From NCBI GenBank assembly GCA_040954595.2, contig CM082578.2:5190831-5254830 (forward strand): a stretch of 64,000 nt of DNA, given 5' to 3'. The notes beneath the pieces are model-generated. The model worked only from the letters and a program-made list of their open reading frames with translations. It had not been told where the DNA came from and did no database searches. Positions 39,201-54,000 of this stretch are shown one piece after another (the first letter of the stretch is position 1; each line of letters starts with the position of its first letter). The translations under genes and the position numbers were made by a program. Origin of the DNA: Balanoglossus misakiensis. Its lineage: Eukaryota > Animalia > Hemichordata.

Positions 39201-40219
39201 CAATGCCCCAGACATCAGCATGTTTGGGGGGGGGGGGGCGGCATTGTCACATATTGTATTTCACAGTTTATGCTATCGTATATAGCTGCATATTGACTCC
39301 CAAGCACCATCCGTGCTACATATGAGAACCTCACTAACATTCTCCCTTTACACCATAATTGTTTTATTGTTTGTTTTCTCTTTCTCTCTTTCTGTACTAT
39401 TGATATTTAAATGTTTCATTGATTTGTTTTTTGTAGGGGAGGGGGGTACAAGAATGCAAAAATTAATTAAATCACAGAATGAAATCTGTTTTAGTGTAGT
39501 TCCAGGGAACAGTCCGGGGGAACAGCAGATGAATGTCAATGTAGACGTCTGTAAATAAAGCCCCATTTTTTTCTTCAGATTTGAACATATATATCAGGTA
39601 GATTCAGATTTTTACTAGAGGTTTAATTCCAGGAATTGATTAAATAAAAAATTATAGACTAATATTCAGGTGTATTTCCTTAAGATCTAATCCATTTCTA
39701 TAATTACTTTACATGATTCCTTTATGTTGATAACAGCAGTGAGAAATGAGAATTTGTTTTTTCTTAAAATCGATCCACAGGTCTACATCAGTATTGGCTT
39801 CCAGTTCCACCTCTAGCCCGACCGGCCCACATTCCACAAAACGTAGAATGAATGTTCTCTCTTAACCCCTGCGCAGAAAGTAGAACACTTGTATCCAGTA
39901 CAATAGAGACACAACGGAAATTGTACAATGAAACCTCGACTGGTTTTGACGGCCACCTATACATATCTAATTTACAGCTAAATACTTGAAGACAGAGGCA
40001 TGACCATGAGAATAAAGTATTTTATGTAACACATACTGCACCGGGCCAGAAGGGTAAACAGTCTAATCTATTTTGAAGACATTCCACATAGCCGGGGCAA
40101 TTGTCATTAAGATTAGGGGGCAAGAATCTTGAAGCTTGGTGGACACACAGCAGTGAAAGACGGTACTTATAGCAGTGCATAGAGATAGGGCGAAACATGC
40201 AGTGGAAATTCTCAGAAAA

Positions 40220-40459
40220 AGGGTTGTATATATGCCCCTGGAAAATCTGTAATTGGACACCACACCTGGAAAATTCTGCAGGGGAAGATTAATTTACATA
40301 TCTGGAAAGTCCTGGAACACTGATTTAGCCACTAAAAATCATAAAAATCCATAAAATCACAAAGTATGCAATGACTCCCTGGAAAATGGTTCCTAAATGT
40401 TCCTCAAAATTTAACTGGAAAAGATACTGGAATTATGAATCAGATATCGTATGAGCCTG
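40220..40459. mobile_element. Degenerate hAT-like non-autonomous element relic
   Basis: AGGGTTGTATA start, GTATGAGCCTG end, repeated CTGGAA(A) motifs inside; TSD not recognisable. Confidence 0.3.
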
Positions 40460-42021
40460 TTTGTCTGAATCAGTGATTTGTAAAGAAAAATATCTGTTTT
40501 ACAAGGGACTGCAATACATGATGAAAAAAATGGCTATAAACTTTAAAATTTTGGAGAGAAAAAAGAGACCTACTGATTATTATAACAATTGCATTGTTAT
40601 GCAAATTAGCCAATAATACACCAGAAATTCCTGCGGAGAACACTATGTGCTTTCTGTTTATTCTGCTGAGTATTAAATGTATTTGTGCAGGATTAGCTTA
40701 CAAAAATCAGATTAGGTGTAAAAGCTCAGCAGCTATTTTTGTTAATCTAATGAATTCAATTTTATAATGAATAAAATTCAGTATGACAGCAGAGTACGAG
40801 ACCAGATAATATCCATCACTTTTAGTACTGTTATCATAGTTGAAAATATTCAACACATTGTGTGTAGTTTCGTCAAATCTTGTAACAGTGTACACACTAT
40901 AATATATGAATATGGAGATGACGACAGCATATATTCATTCAGAGGAAGTATGGATTACAGGCTGTGGGAAGCACGTACACGCACTGCTGACATAAATTAC
41001 AAGAATTCCTTCAAAAAATCAATACTACTTCAATAATAATAGATTGAGCCTGTATGGGTTTGCTTCTGAAAAGGTCAGCTGATCTCTTGATAACAGTTTG
41101 ACTAATAATTCAGTCAAAATGTCACACTCCTCAAAAAAGCCAAACGATCGAATTATGCTGCATTGTTATAAAATCAGTCATATGTGATCATGCAGTTGCA
41201 TTTAAATTATGATAGAATATTATCAAAGCATTGCAAAGATTTCAGTTGGCTTCTGTTAATCTTTTAGGGGGAGGTGAAATGTGATGTAAAATATGGTTAT
41301 ATCTTCATGTCATTTTTGCCGTTTTTTTTTTTTTAGAGAGCTGTGTGGTTTTATTTCAACAGAATAAAATTTCAGCAAAGATGAAAAAATATCTTCCCGT
41401 GAGCATCTATCCATACATCCACATCTTGCTGAGATAAAAGATTGCACTCTGTTCCACTAATAGTTTTGTTGCTAACAGTGCTCTGCATCTCAAGATCGAC
41501 ATTATCGGTTGCAGATTCAATCACATTGCATCTTGTTGGTAGACACATCACGCAGACGGTCACATGACCACAGTCAAATGGATAACAGCCGACAATGTCA
41601 CTTGCTGTTGAAAGCAATCATCAGCGTCAGTCTGTTTTTCATCTGCGATTCCTGTATGACATAAACAACCAATAATTGCTCTTTCATTTGTCCCCGATTC
41701 ACATCGCCATGGCAACATATTTTATCACCTGGTGTACAATAGCGACGTACTGCCTATTCAAATGCCAAGCTAATTGCCCCAATATGTATGTCCAACTTAA
41801 CAACCTCATCAATTGATTTCAAGAATAATCATAGCTGACACTGAGTATGTTATTGCCACTCAAATAATAGAGAAGCAATTGAGTTCAAAATGCAAAATAT
41901 AAGAATAGGTATCCATGCTTTATTGAAAACCTGTGAACAATGCAGGGGGGGGGGGGTTACAGAACACCTGTGGACTAAAATTTTAAAAACAAATTGATCA
42001 GCTTATGAAATGAATGAATTG

Positions 42022-42056
42022 AATTAATTAATTAATTAATTATTAATTAATTAATT
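42022..42056. repeat. (TAAT)n microsatellite
   Basis: aattaattaattaattaat tattaattaattaatt. Confidence 0.8.
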
Positions 42057-45000
42057 GTGTTGATGTCACATAAAAACTGATCAGTTTTGTTACAAATGAT
42101 GAGTTGCAAATGTTGCAAATAAAAACATACCAGTATTAATAAATCAAATTTTTATAGTGATCAAAAAAAGGGGGAAAGGAAAAAATTATACAAGAAACAG
42201 AAAAGAAATGGAGAGTCATTGGAGAAATCTGTAACCATGAGGTTCAAGTTTCTTATCACATACGGGAAAATAGACTGGAAGTACGGAAAATTAAGAGTTA
42301 ATTTAATGCAATTTTGGATGGAAAGTGTTTAATGGGAATTGTTGATTAAGAAATCAATTCCTGTATTCTACTGTCACAGAGCAGGTGTTGGCAGTGCAGG
42401 ATTTTATTGGCTCTCAGGCCACTCAGGTCACCTGGAAAATTATTAATGGCTCCGGTGCAGAATTGTTTGTAACCATGGTTACTGAGGAAACGTGTCCGGT
42501 TCCAGTTTATTTATAGACAACACATGTTCTACACTAATCTTGGCAGAAATTATATTGTCCATGATATGTGGTTTATAGCATGAACGAATTATTTTCATAT
42601 CGGTAAAGCAGTCAAAGAGAGGTGAAACTGGTAGCCGTTGTGGGCAACAAAGCGAAAAGACCCAGCATTCTGTCTGAAGCATGATAGAATAAATCGTGTA
42701 CATGCACTGATAGTAATATTTAAGGAAGGAAAATATCTGCTTTTTGTCAGCTAATGCACTTCAGTCAAATGACTATAAAAATAATCACAGTAAATGACAA
42801 TATAATATTATAAAATTAATATTGCATAATAAAATAAAACAAGACAGGGCCATTACACACAATTTAATTTGTGCATGGTTCGTGTTGCTTATATGCTAAC
42901 AATGACATGAATGCTCATACATTTTTTTGGCAAATATACAATAGTTACAAAGTACAGGAAAAAATGCTGAAAAGTGATTATGCTTTGTGATTTTTTTAAT
43001 ATTGCAAGATTGCTAATATAACCGACCTTTATGTTCACTATGTATGTACGCATCAGAGCTGTAACAAGTTGATATATTTTGGTTCAGTTTACCAGGCAAT
43101 GTAGTCATTATCATGATGCTAGCTAGCTTTCACATAAAGAGAAGAAATCTGAAAGCTGCAGAAACTCACTGGCACAAACTGGTTGGAGAACATTGGCTCA
43201 TTTAATCAACTCGTTTAATCATGCAGACTCCGATAACTGATTTTGTGCAGGTACCATCATAAAATCAGAGCACATTTAAATAAAACTTAATGCAAAAAAG
43301 TGGTAACAAAACTGCCAATTTGGTCAAAAGTGAAAACATTTGTGACTCCCAGGAGTATGTGTCACTTACTGTTTTGTCAATTAGTTCTATTTCATGTGTT
43401 GACATTTAATAACAGAGAAAAAATCTGATTAATATTGTAGTCACCTTGAATGTATTTATGAAATTGTGGTGGAGATAATTAAGAACTTGATAAGACATGT
43501 GTATCTTGAAAATAATTTACTATTAACTTGTACGTTGTACATTTTGCAAGATTATTAAAATAATGGAGGACGGACTTCATGAGGGAAAAATCAGGCTCAT
43601 TTGCTTCCTCCTTGTCTTTTGTATTGACATCGGGAGAGAGGTGGGGATAGCAGAAGGAAAAGCCAATTAAAGCATAAATCAAGAGTTGAATAACCGAGCA
43701 CATTTTACTGCTGATTTTAAAGTAACTTCTCATTGACCTTTGACATGCCACTGAAAAAAAAAGAAAAACTCTCACAGGACAAATAATGATGAAATTAGTC
43801 AGTTTGAACCATAAAGCATAATGAGGTCATCAAGGATTGCAGCATTTTGGTGAGAAAGGAGATTTTAACTACTTTCTTTTATTGTATCCACCTGCACCAA
43901 TGTTCTATAGCCCATCATGCACTTATATCCTCTGTAATAATCCTGTCCTATACAAATTTAGATTGTCTAGACTTCAACTCTCAAGTGTCATTTCCTCAGA
44001 AACATTTTAATATCTAATATTAATTACAGAATACATTCTTACACTCAATTTTCTAACATGAAAGACTAATCTGTCTGAGTCACTCTCTACATCTTTATTC
44101 TCGTCTCTCAGAACCTGGTATTCTACAATTTATTTTGATCACTTTTAGTTCATCTGAATTAAGGTAGTGAAAATGAAAAATACCAAAAACAGTCAAAACC
44201 TTCATCATAAATGTAAACATTTATTTAAATAACTCAAGTACTTGTGTTTCAGTATTTTCATCTTGAATCACAAAAAAATATTTCTCGTTAGCCACTGGTA
44301 TTTTTTTTGTTATGACCATGGAACAAAAATGTTGATTTTTAATAATGATTTGACTTTTTCGTTTCAGATGAGAAATTGTTCACATTACACCAAGCATAAC
44401 ATTATGACTGAATCATTGGCTTAATTCGTCAACTGAGGACTGCAGCTCTGTATGTACATCTTTGATGGATCATTTCATATTCATGCATAATTATGGCTCT
44501 ATGGCTTTATAAATTGATTACATCTTTGCCTATTGTCTTGAAGAGTCAAACTGATTTAATGCAAACAGGATTTTATGACAAAGGTGGAATGTAGCTCATT
44601 ATATTTACCTTTTACCTTCCCCCCCCCCCCTTAATTATCATAACCAAAATCCAAATCATTAAATTTCCTTGATTTTTAAACTGACTTTAAATATGGTATT
44701 TTCTGAATTCCAAGTTGTCGCACACAGTCATTTGTCACCTGGCTGGATTAATTGGTCACAATCTCAGGGCAGTTAACCTATACGTACATCATAAATCACA
44801 TGCATGCATTTACCAATGACTTGTCAAGACCAACTGAAGTGCGTGCACCACACATGGAGATGAACCTAAACTGCCGGTTGGAATTTGCCTTGAGATTATC
44901 CATGGCCATAAAATTCTCTCAACAAGTGTGTGTTTGGCCCAACAATTCCATCAGGATCTCCCGGCTGTCTTTTAAATGTACGACATCCTACCATTATAAT

Positions 45001-48000
45001 GACGCAACCTCAACATTATCGATTGGACCATTTATTGTGAACAGTAAATAATTTATCAAACAAAACCTTTATTGATCTCATAGCCCCCTTACGTATTGTT
45101 ATGGGCACATTCAATGGTTTATTATAGGGTGAAGAGTCTATACCCACAGGTCCTTGCTGGAATTCTGACTTCTGTTCCACCCATTGTTTGGCCGGACAAC
45201 ATCAGACTAATTGATTAGAATAGCTGCAAGTCATTTAACACACACCCTGCTGTTGATAAACGAGGCACTAATCAACATTCAAATTGGCACGTACATGCGA
45301 CCCTCTCAAGACTGGAATGGTCATCATTAAAGTGGACTGTATTAGGGCTATACTGCTGCAACAACAATGGGCTCCATTTTTCGAGCATTGCACACTTGGA
45401 TTTTACCCTTCAAGTCAATAAACTCCGATAATTTGGTCTTGGCAGTCAGACTGTCAATTTCACTCTACAGTCAAGATTTGTGTCAAATAGATCTTTATTT
45501 ACAAGCTTTAAAGGGATTAAAGTCAGTATGAAAAAATGTAGATGTTTATAGTAATGCTTTGTAATCCACTATCTACATCAAAGTTTCTTTTGTATCAGTG
45601 AGATTGGCATTGTTTTGCTTTGTTTCAAAGCAATTAATTTGTTAACAAAAGTTTCATTCTGTTACTATTATATATTAAATTCCTTAGACCGCTAAATGTC
45701 CCTGTCTTTAAAGTTTAACTGACACAATTATCATTTTAGATTTAAATCAAATTAAAGCATTTAAATTTATATTTTACACCATGGCCAATGTCGTAAAAAA
45801 GAACATTGATTGAACACCGAGAAAATCACTTGGTGATTCAAAGAGTAAATTTATGACTTTTAATGCATGGAAAGTATATACCGGTATATGTACATACATA
45901 CTGATACATGTATACTGATGAAAATGTTAAGTTGGTGGATTCTGATGTACATGTACTAGCTGACACCTGTTAACCAACCTATATAATAATTAGCTTGGAC
46001 AGTTATTTGCAAATTACCACAGGTGATTGTCTATAATTCTCGCCATGCAATGCTTATTCTCCACTCCTGATGAGTGAAAAGAAACCAATGACTTATTAGC
46101 CCTGTATACAATAATCAGCCAGATCTGTAATTGTGAGGCAGAGTGAAAAACTGGGCATAGAAATAACACTGTCACCTGCTGTGTGGCTGTCTCCATGCAC
46201 AAACACTGGGTGGTATCAACTCTATTGTTCTCAGGCAGAGTGTGACCCGAAGTGTCTACTATAGAAACTGCACACAAACAAGTGAAATCAACACTGTCCC
46301 AGGCGATGGTTGCCATTTGGCCGCTTAGTGCTCAGATTGTAACTCTATTCGCCAGAGTTGCGTTACACCTGCTGCATACGTAAACAGCAATTGATATTGG
46401 AACAACTCAAGTGTCTTTGAGTAACTCGCAGAGACAGGGGGATAGAAAACTTCGTACCGGCACAGGCTGAAACAACAGATATATACTGTTACAGGTGCAT
46501 TTGTGGTGCGGTCAATTGATCTTCCCAAATACCTTGCTTGCTTGTTTTGAATATTCAGAAATTAAAGGGAAAAAATTACAAAACAATCCTGAGTACCTTT
46601 TAAATTTCAGAAATGGCAATTGCTGGCTAAATAAAATCAATCCTCTGTTTATATATGTCCTCTGAGGTTCAAGCAAGTACACGGTATGATGAATTTACAT
46701 ATTTAATACATAAAGCTTAAACTAATGAGGGAAATTTAAACAGTGGGTCTAGATGAAAGCCATGAAGTTTTACACATGACATTATATTGGACATTTCAAA
46801 CACTGGTACAACATCTGAGAATTAAACCTTGTCTCTCAGAGTTATGGGCACATGCACACTGAGCAAGCACTTTGCAAAGCTCAAATTCTCACAACCACGT
46901 ATCACATTGAATGTGTATATAGCTATACACAGCTCATTTGAATATCTGTGATGTCACCAAGCCTGCCAGGCAACCATTGCTTAGCAACTGAATCTCAAGA
47001 GTTCCCCATGGCTTCATAACATACAGTAAAGTAGACAATAATACTCTGTTAAATTGTTGTTTGGTGTAAGTAGTATTTTTTTCTTCCAAAATTATTCAAA
47101 GCATTTTTGGGGGGAGGGGGGGGGGAAGATAAGCAGAGTCTTATCAAAACTTACCATTTTAACTACTTTCCTATTAAATTTGGTTTTGATATTCAAGTTG
47201 TCAAAGTTCATCTGAATTTATGATTATCTCTGTGAAATGGACAACATTCACAATTAAAACTGACAATTAAAAAAACACCTGTTCGTCCTTGCCCAGTTCG
47301 GGACTCAGTTGCTATAGTTACAAGCACTCAAAGTTAGTTCCAGAATGCTGCAGATAAGCCATATATGACACGTTTGCAGTTCTTAACTTTTTTCCACATT
47401 TGTGATATCATTGTCTCAAAATAAAACATCACGACTGCAAGACAGCTGGACTTAAACCAGACCACACTTTTTTCAGTTGGTAAACCTGGTACATTGTGGG
47501 CACTTACAAAGAAAAGTGATGAAAGAATAGGAATAATGAGAGATTCCTCTGTCGCCATGGCGACATAATGACCAGACCTGTATAGACATCTTTTGTCAAA
47601 GTCCTGGTCTAAGCATTCGTGATGGATAGATTTCCGAAAACAATACAATCGGTTTAAATGGCCTGCAACACACTTATAGATACAAGAACCCGTGAAATCT
47701 TTGCAATTGATGGTGATTTTCAGTCCCTGCTCTGAAAAGTGACCCCAGCATTGGCAATAAAGGAGAATGTTTGTTACTCTATGTCACACATCACTGCAGC
47801 CATGGTTGCGCTGAAATTCTGCTTGCAGTCACACTATCACCATTTACCCTCAAAGAGTGTTTGATTGACCCGTGGCAGTATCTGTGACTAAGAAAGACAC
47901 TTTTGTAAATAAGTGTATTGGATATCAGTGAGTGTTGGACAGAAACCAATCTGCTTTGCTTATGTCTACTTTACATATCGTTTACATGACAATACATTAT

Positions 48001-51000
48001 TACCATAACAATAGTAATGCTCTCATCTGTGTTTCCCAGAAGATCGATTAAAAAGTCACTACAATATTTATTTTTTCAGAATGCGGCAAAAAATATTCTG
48101 ATGAAAAAGTGGATCCAATATCAGGGGCCATGGATAATTGAAACACATGATAATGAAATTTTTTTAAGGGGATAATATTTCTATCTATCGTGCACACATT
48201 TGCTCTTTACATTGGGACAAAATTTTTTGTGAGTTCTTCAGAAGATTATATGCGTGGCATAGATATCATTTAATTTTGCCAGAAAATATCTTTTTCACAG
48301 TAGTTTTGGTAGTAAATACTGCAACTTCTAATGGACATACTCTGTCAATTGAGTTTTTTTTTTTTTTACTTTATAGGGGTGGGGGTGGAACAATTTTGTC
48401 TTGGTTGCATTTGCAAAGTTTCATTTTGGGAAGGGTGCAAGGAGGTTTGAGGTCAAACACAATTACTTTTTTTATCAAGCACATATCCATGCATGGTCTC
48501 TTGAGAGCTGCTTGATAGATTCTTCACAATCGAACTGAGACCCCCGCCCACAGCACGAAACAAGAAGGTGTTTTAATTCTGCATGCACCAGCCGTCGACG
48601 CATTGAACCGGAACAGGTATATCGCGAGGAAATCGCTGACAGAACTCAATCAGAGAAACCATGCAATCAGACTGCAACAATTACCTTCATCAAAATGATC
48701 TCTTTTCAATATCTGGGTCATCAATATATCAACTATTGATTGCAATCTGGTAGTAGGGTTATTCCATTCTGCCTAAATGTTTAATTGGGGGGGGGGGTGA
48801 CCCATCCATTATTGTCCTTACTGCAGGGATGGCAGCATGCCCACTCCACCAAAGTGTCCAGAATTGAAATTTAATAATGACATAGAAGGTGTGAATCTCG
48901 CTGGCCTTTATAAGCTGTGCTCTGTACCAGTAGGTGGATTATGATCTGCCCTTATCTACATACAAGAGGTTTTCAGAAATCGAGTAAATTTTACTGCTCA
49001 GGTTTTTGAGAACACCACATGGTTAAGGTGATGTAATAGAAGAAATATGTATGGCCATCTGCAGATAAAAGACAATAAGTCTCTTCTAAAATCTCTCACC
49101 AAAGAATTGAGCTGTAGCATACACTGCAATGATAAATGTTATAATGTAAAACATGGTTAAAACTGACAAAAATATTGACTTGATAAAAATAAAATTTCAA
49201 ATCCAAGTAAAACACTTGATTACTCATTGTACATTTTAATATAATTTGCTGTAAAGGATTAATTTCAATCACTGTATACATACATACATACATATATTTA
49301 ATATGTCTGCACACTGAATAACAAGTTTCCATGGTAACATTAAAAGACAGCAGCAACAAATTCACTGATAACTTTGTTAAACTCCAAAATCTCTGTGTGA
49401 TGATGTCATAGGTTACCATTAGGGTCAGGGTTCAAAGGTTTAAAGAGATTGCTTCTCCATCACTCAGGTATCTAGGGACCTTATTAATGTTCTCTGCTTC
49501 TCCTCAGGTAGCAAATAAATCATGGAGACAGCTGATCAATCAAATTGCATCAGAGTTAAATGACTGCACATGCAGGGCAATGTTAAGCCAAAGTAAGAAA
49601 CTTCTCTGTTTTACATCTGTGAGGTTTGCAGAAATTTAAGGGGAAACACTGACAGATTAATACTCTTTCAAATAATTTATTTTCAGGATGATGTTTTTCA
49701 CAGTGTTGGACTACTACTGGCAATACCACTTAACAACACGTATCGGACATATTTTTTCTTTCCACATTAAACCATACACATGTACCATTAATTCCTGAAT
49801 ATATGTTAATTGGTCTAAATTTTTAACTGACCGTTCTCTAATCAAAAGACTGACCACATCTGAGATTTCCCAAAAATGTTCTAGGTGGCCTTCACCAATA
49901 CACCAAATTTTGAAGAAAACCATCAAAATTTAACCAAAAAAGTATCATGAAAGAAGAAATCTATAGAATAAATGTCAATGCAAGTACCAGGAATCAGAAA
50001 ATATCTAGATTAAAAACCTGTTGACAAATTATTTTTTGGGGGGAAAAAAATCATGATTTTTAATTCATCTGTACATTGTGTGTATATCTGAATTAACATA
50101 CTCCAATGTCAGGATGTTGTTTGAGAATGAATATCTATATACAGACCAATTATATTACATATATCCCATCAAGGACACAGCAGGCTACAAGTCTGCATTT
50201 AGCATCTTTCTAATTATCTATATTTATCCTTGAACTATTGCAACTTTTGATATTTAAAATCAGTAAGCTTCACTGATTAGATTATTTCATTTTTTTTCCA
50301 CTGAATTATTACAATAACCGTAAATCAATGACTTTTAAGATGCATTTGATTTAAAAAACAAATATCAAATGCAATCTATATCCCTGGGTACTTATAGGTA
50401 TACCTGATTTTCTCTCTCTTTGTGACCACTCTCAATGCTTTCTTGGATAAACAAATTCCCCTCTATGATATATAAAGAGCAGTGACAGGACGAGTAAGGC
50501 AACCTGCAGACTGTGATAACCTTGCAACATCACAGCAGCTAATTAACATACACTTCAACATCACAAGACACATCGGGAGTCAACCTTATATAAAAGCAGC
50601 GATCCTTCCATCAACATTTTTTTAACTTTATATATAAGTTATCACCCCTTCCATAAATGGAATATTCCAAGTTGTTTGACCTCAAAGGACTTTTAGTGGC
50701 CTACTTTCCCTTCAGTCATGATACAATTCCCTAAAATGCCATTTAATCATTTCTGAGAAAACTACTTCAAAAGAACTGTGTTGGGTGCCAATCACTGTTG
50801 GGGGGAATGATCCTGCAGGCTCAGAGATTCCCATCTCTGAGCCTGGGCTCCAGGTCTCATATAAAATCAAAGATCGACTTTAAAAAAAACACACACAATC
50901 TCAATGTAAAAAATGCATACTTTTATTTTATATTTAATTTTTTCTTGAATGTTAAACATAAATGCAATCCCAAGATTCATTGTTTTATAATGCAATAACA

Positions 51001-54000
51001 AGTTTCTAAGTGAAAAACAGTTGCCCAGGCCGACTTATCTAATAATTTGTGGCAGCTGCTGAGATATGACTATAATGATGGTGTTCAGTGAAATCCCAGC
51101 ATTCAAACTGTCTGCCCCCGCATCAAACAAGTCATTGTCAATGATTAAGTCCCTATCACTCATCAGCAGACTTTGTATATAGGTATCAAGTCGTTCTTGT
51201 TAAAAAAAACAGTCAAGATGGAGTAAACTTCTGAGTGCAGGTGTTCACAGTATACTTTCCTTTAATTTCTGAATTTGTTCAAAGTTTCAATCAAGTTGGT
51301 TCAGGCAACTCTATGAGTATTGGACATTAGAAATGATAACAAAACAGGCCATACTGGATTGCATCACAAAAATAGCGCTGTACATTATGTGCATGCTATT
51401 AGCACATTGACATTGTTTTCAATTTAGATAAATTATAAATTTAAATCAATTGGTTAAAATATCTGTCGACTGGATACAGACATACACACAGACAAACACT
51501 GCAATGTGCACATGCATATGGATGGATGAAGATATAGAGACAGTCATTAAATTGGTCTCCAGGACTATAATAACAATCTACTTTAAAACATACATTGTGA
51601 AGTAAAATAGAAAGTCTTGAGGAACTTTCTAATGGGGGAATAAATGCCGCAGAAAAGTTCAAAATGAACCATCACCATGGCAACTGACTCCTGGAAAAGA
51701 TCAATCGTGTAACTTGAGAAATATAATGGATATGACATTTCTGTCTCATTGTAATTGGCAAATCATGGATGGAAGGAATCACAGAATTATTATTAACACA
51801 CGACTAATGGCAATCAGCTGTTCTCTGTGATATATTTAATAATGCGTCGTGATTTTATGACAAGTACAGCAGTGCAGACGATTGAGAGTTAGCATGCTTC
51901 CCCTCTTGATGTTAATTAGCATATAGTCATCTCATCTTACCTCAAAACAGTAACAGTACAGTGAGACCTGTTCAGTAACATCCAAATTGGCATTGTTTTA
52001 ATATACAAAAAGTCATAATTGGAATTTAGGAAATACCTGAATTATTAAAAGTCAATTTTATGCACATGAAATAAAAAATACACTGAATACAAAGGTCATA
52101 GTGCAGACATATTTTGCAAGAATCACTGCTATGAGCGTATAATATTTCACTCTAATGGATTTTGAACATCACGCCTGCCATAATTTCATCTCGTCCTGAA
52201 CCCAAATGCTGCTGTGAATGCAAATGTTGAGAAGAGTTCACTCAATGTTGAACGCATCCGACGTTGCTCAGATACTGTGAAGAGCTGGAGCCTATCTGTC
52301 GGTCATAAATTCTACAAATGTTGGGAATGAATGCAAACAATGAAATCTATACAATTATTTTATAATTTGCAAAATGTCAAATCATGCAATTGTTGCATAT
52401 TGGACAAGAATTGATTGTGAACAGCAATTGTGAACAAGAAGACGGACAGAGGACTGGAATTTGTGACCCATATGACTATTAAAAATTGTAATTTATCAGA
52501 AATCAGGTACAGTAACTCAATTAACACAGACTGAATGATGCAAGAGGGGTGTGTATTCTATGAGACTATCATTGGGGTGAAGATTAAAGACTCCCCTGGG
52601 ATTAATCAATTGCTCATTTGGAATGGTGGGGGGGGGGGGGGGCTCTCTATTTTTTTTCAGTCAGATGGGGATATGGGAGGTTCCATTGGGTTTGATAGCA
52701 TGGGGAATGGTCAGTTTCCCAGGGGAGGGAAGCACCTGTTCTTCTATAGGGTGGGGGGTCATTGTGCCCTTGCCACTAGGGAAAGAAATGGTAGCTTAAC
52801 AGAAAGCATTGGCTGCTTATTCCTAATGAACAAGAGTAATTCATACACCAATTGGTACAACTACAAAAATTCCCTTGGTCCTTCATGTGTTAAAACCAAC
52901 CATATGGTATAATTTGAATTGACAAAAAGGATTTAAAAAGTTTAAGACCATTTTGTGAAAATCTGTCTTGATGGAAATAAAAAGTGTGTAAAAATCCTGT
53001 AGATCGACCGTCTTTCAGTGAGCTGATTGTATTTGAAAAAAAAACCTCAACCCATGGCCCCTCCCACTAAGTAAACAGAAGATGAAGTGGGTATTTGCAA
53101 GTGTTGTTACATAAATTATATTGCAGTTGAAGTCTGGGAAAAAGAATGTGACAGTTTAAGCCGTGATTGATTTCAGAGATGGCCCGTCATGGATTTGACG
53201 CATGTTTAAATTTTGAACTTTGTACACACAGACACTATTCGCAACACAAATGGAATTTCTACTTGTTTTTAATGCATGTAGTTGTCTCAAAGTGCAGAGG
53301 AAACTCCCAGTAACATCATGCAATGATCGACAGCTGAAATGTTAAAACTTTGCCAGGTGAAGTACTTGCTTATATAATACCTATGTTACCATGGCAACAT
53401 TTGCACTGTAAACTCTCCAGTTGATGTACTTGGCAGTGAATGTTGATGTAAGATAAATTTCAATAATTTTTATGACATATTGCAAATTGCAGTGTAACAC
53501 TCAATGCAGAAACTTCAAAAGCAATTTTTGCGCATATACATGTACCAATACCAGTAGTACATTTTTCTGATAACTGTATTAACACGCTACTGGTTGGCCC
53601 TTTGGATATAAATGCGCTCCCATTATATTTATGTACATATGATATTCTTGTTGACACAATCTCCACCAGATTGCCTGATTTTTAACAAACACATTCTGAC
53701 ATTAAACAACAAATCACCATAAAAAATAATAAATTTCATCTAAAATAAGGAAATTACAAAAACTGAACACCAACAAACGTGATTGAAAAATGATTGGGAA
53801 AAACAGCCAACGCTTTCATCCAGGCTTTCCTGTTTTGAGATATAATTTAATATAAATGCTTGATGAAATATGTGCCATCAGGTTTTTTCAGTTTGATTCT
53901 GGTTGATAAATGATGATGATCTATCAGCTTTTCACCTGAATGGAACAAGTCTAATTGATGGTGTCCTGCTGAGAGAACTTGCTGAGTGATTTGTTGGCAC

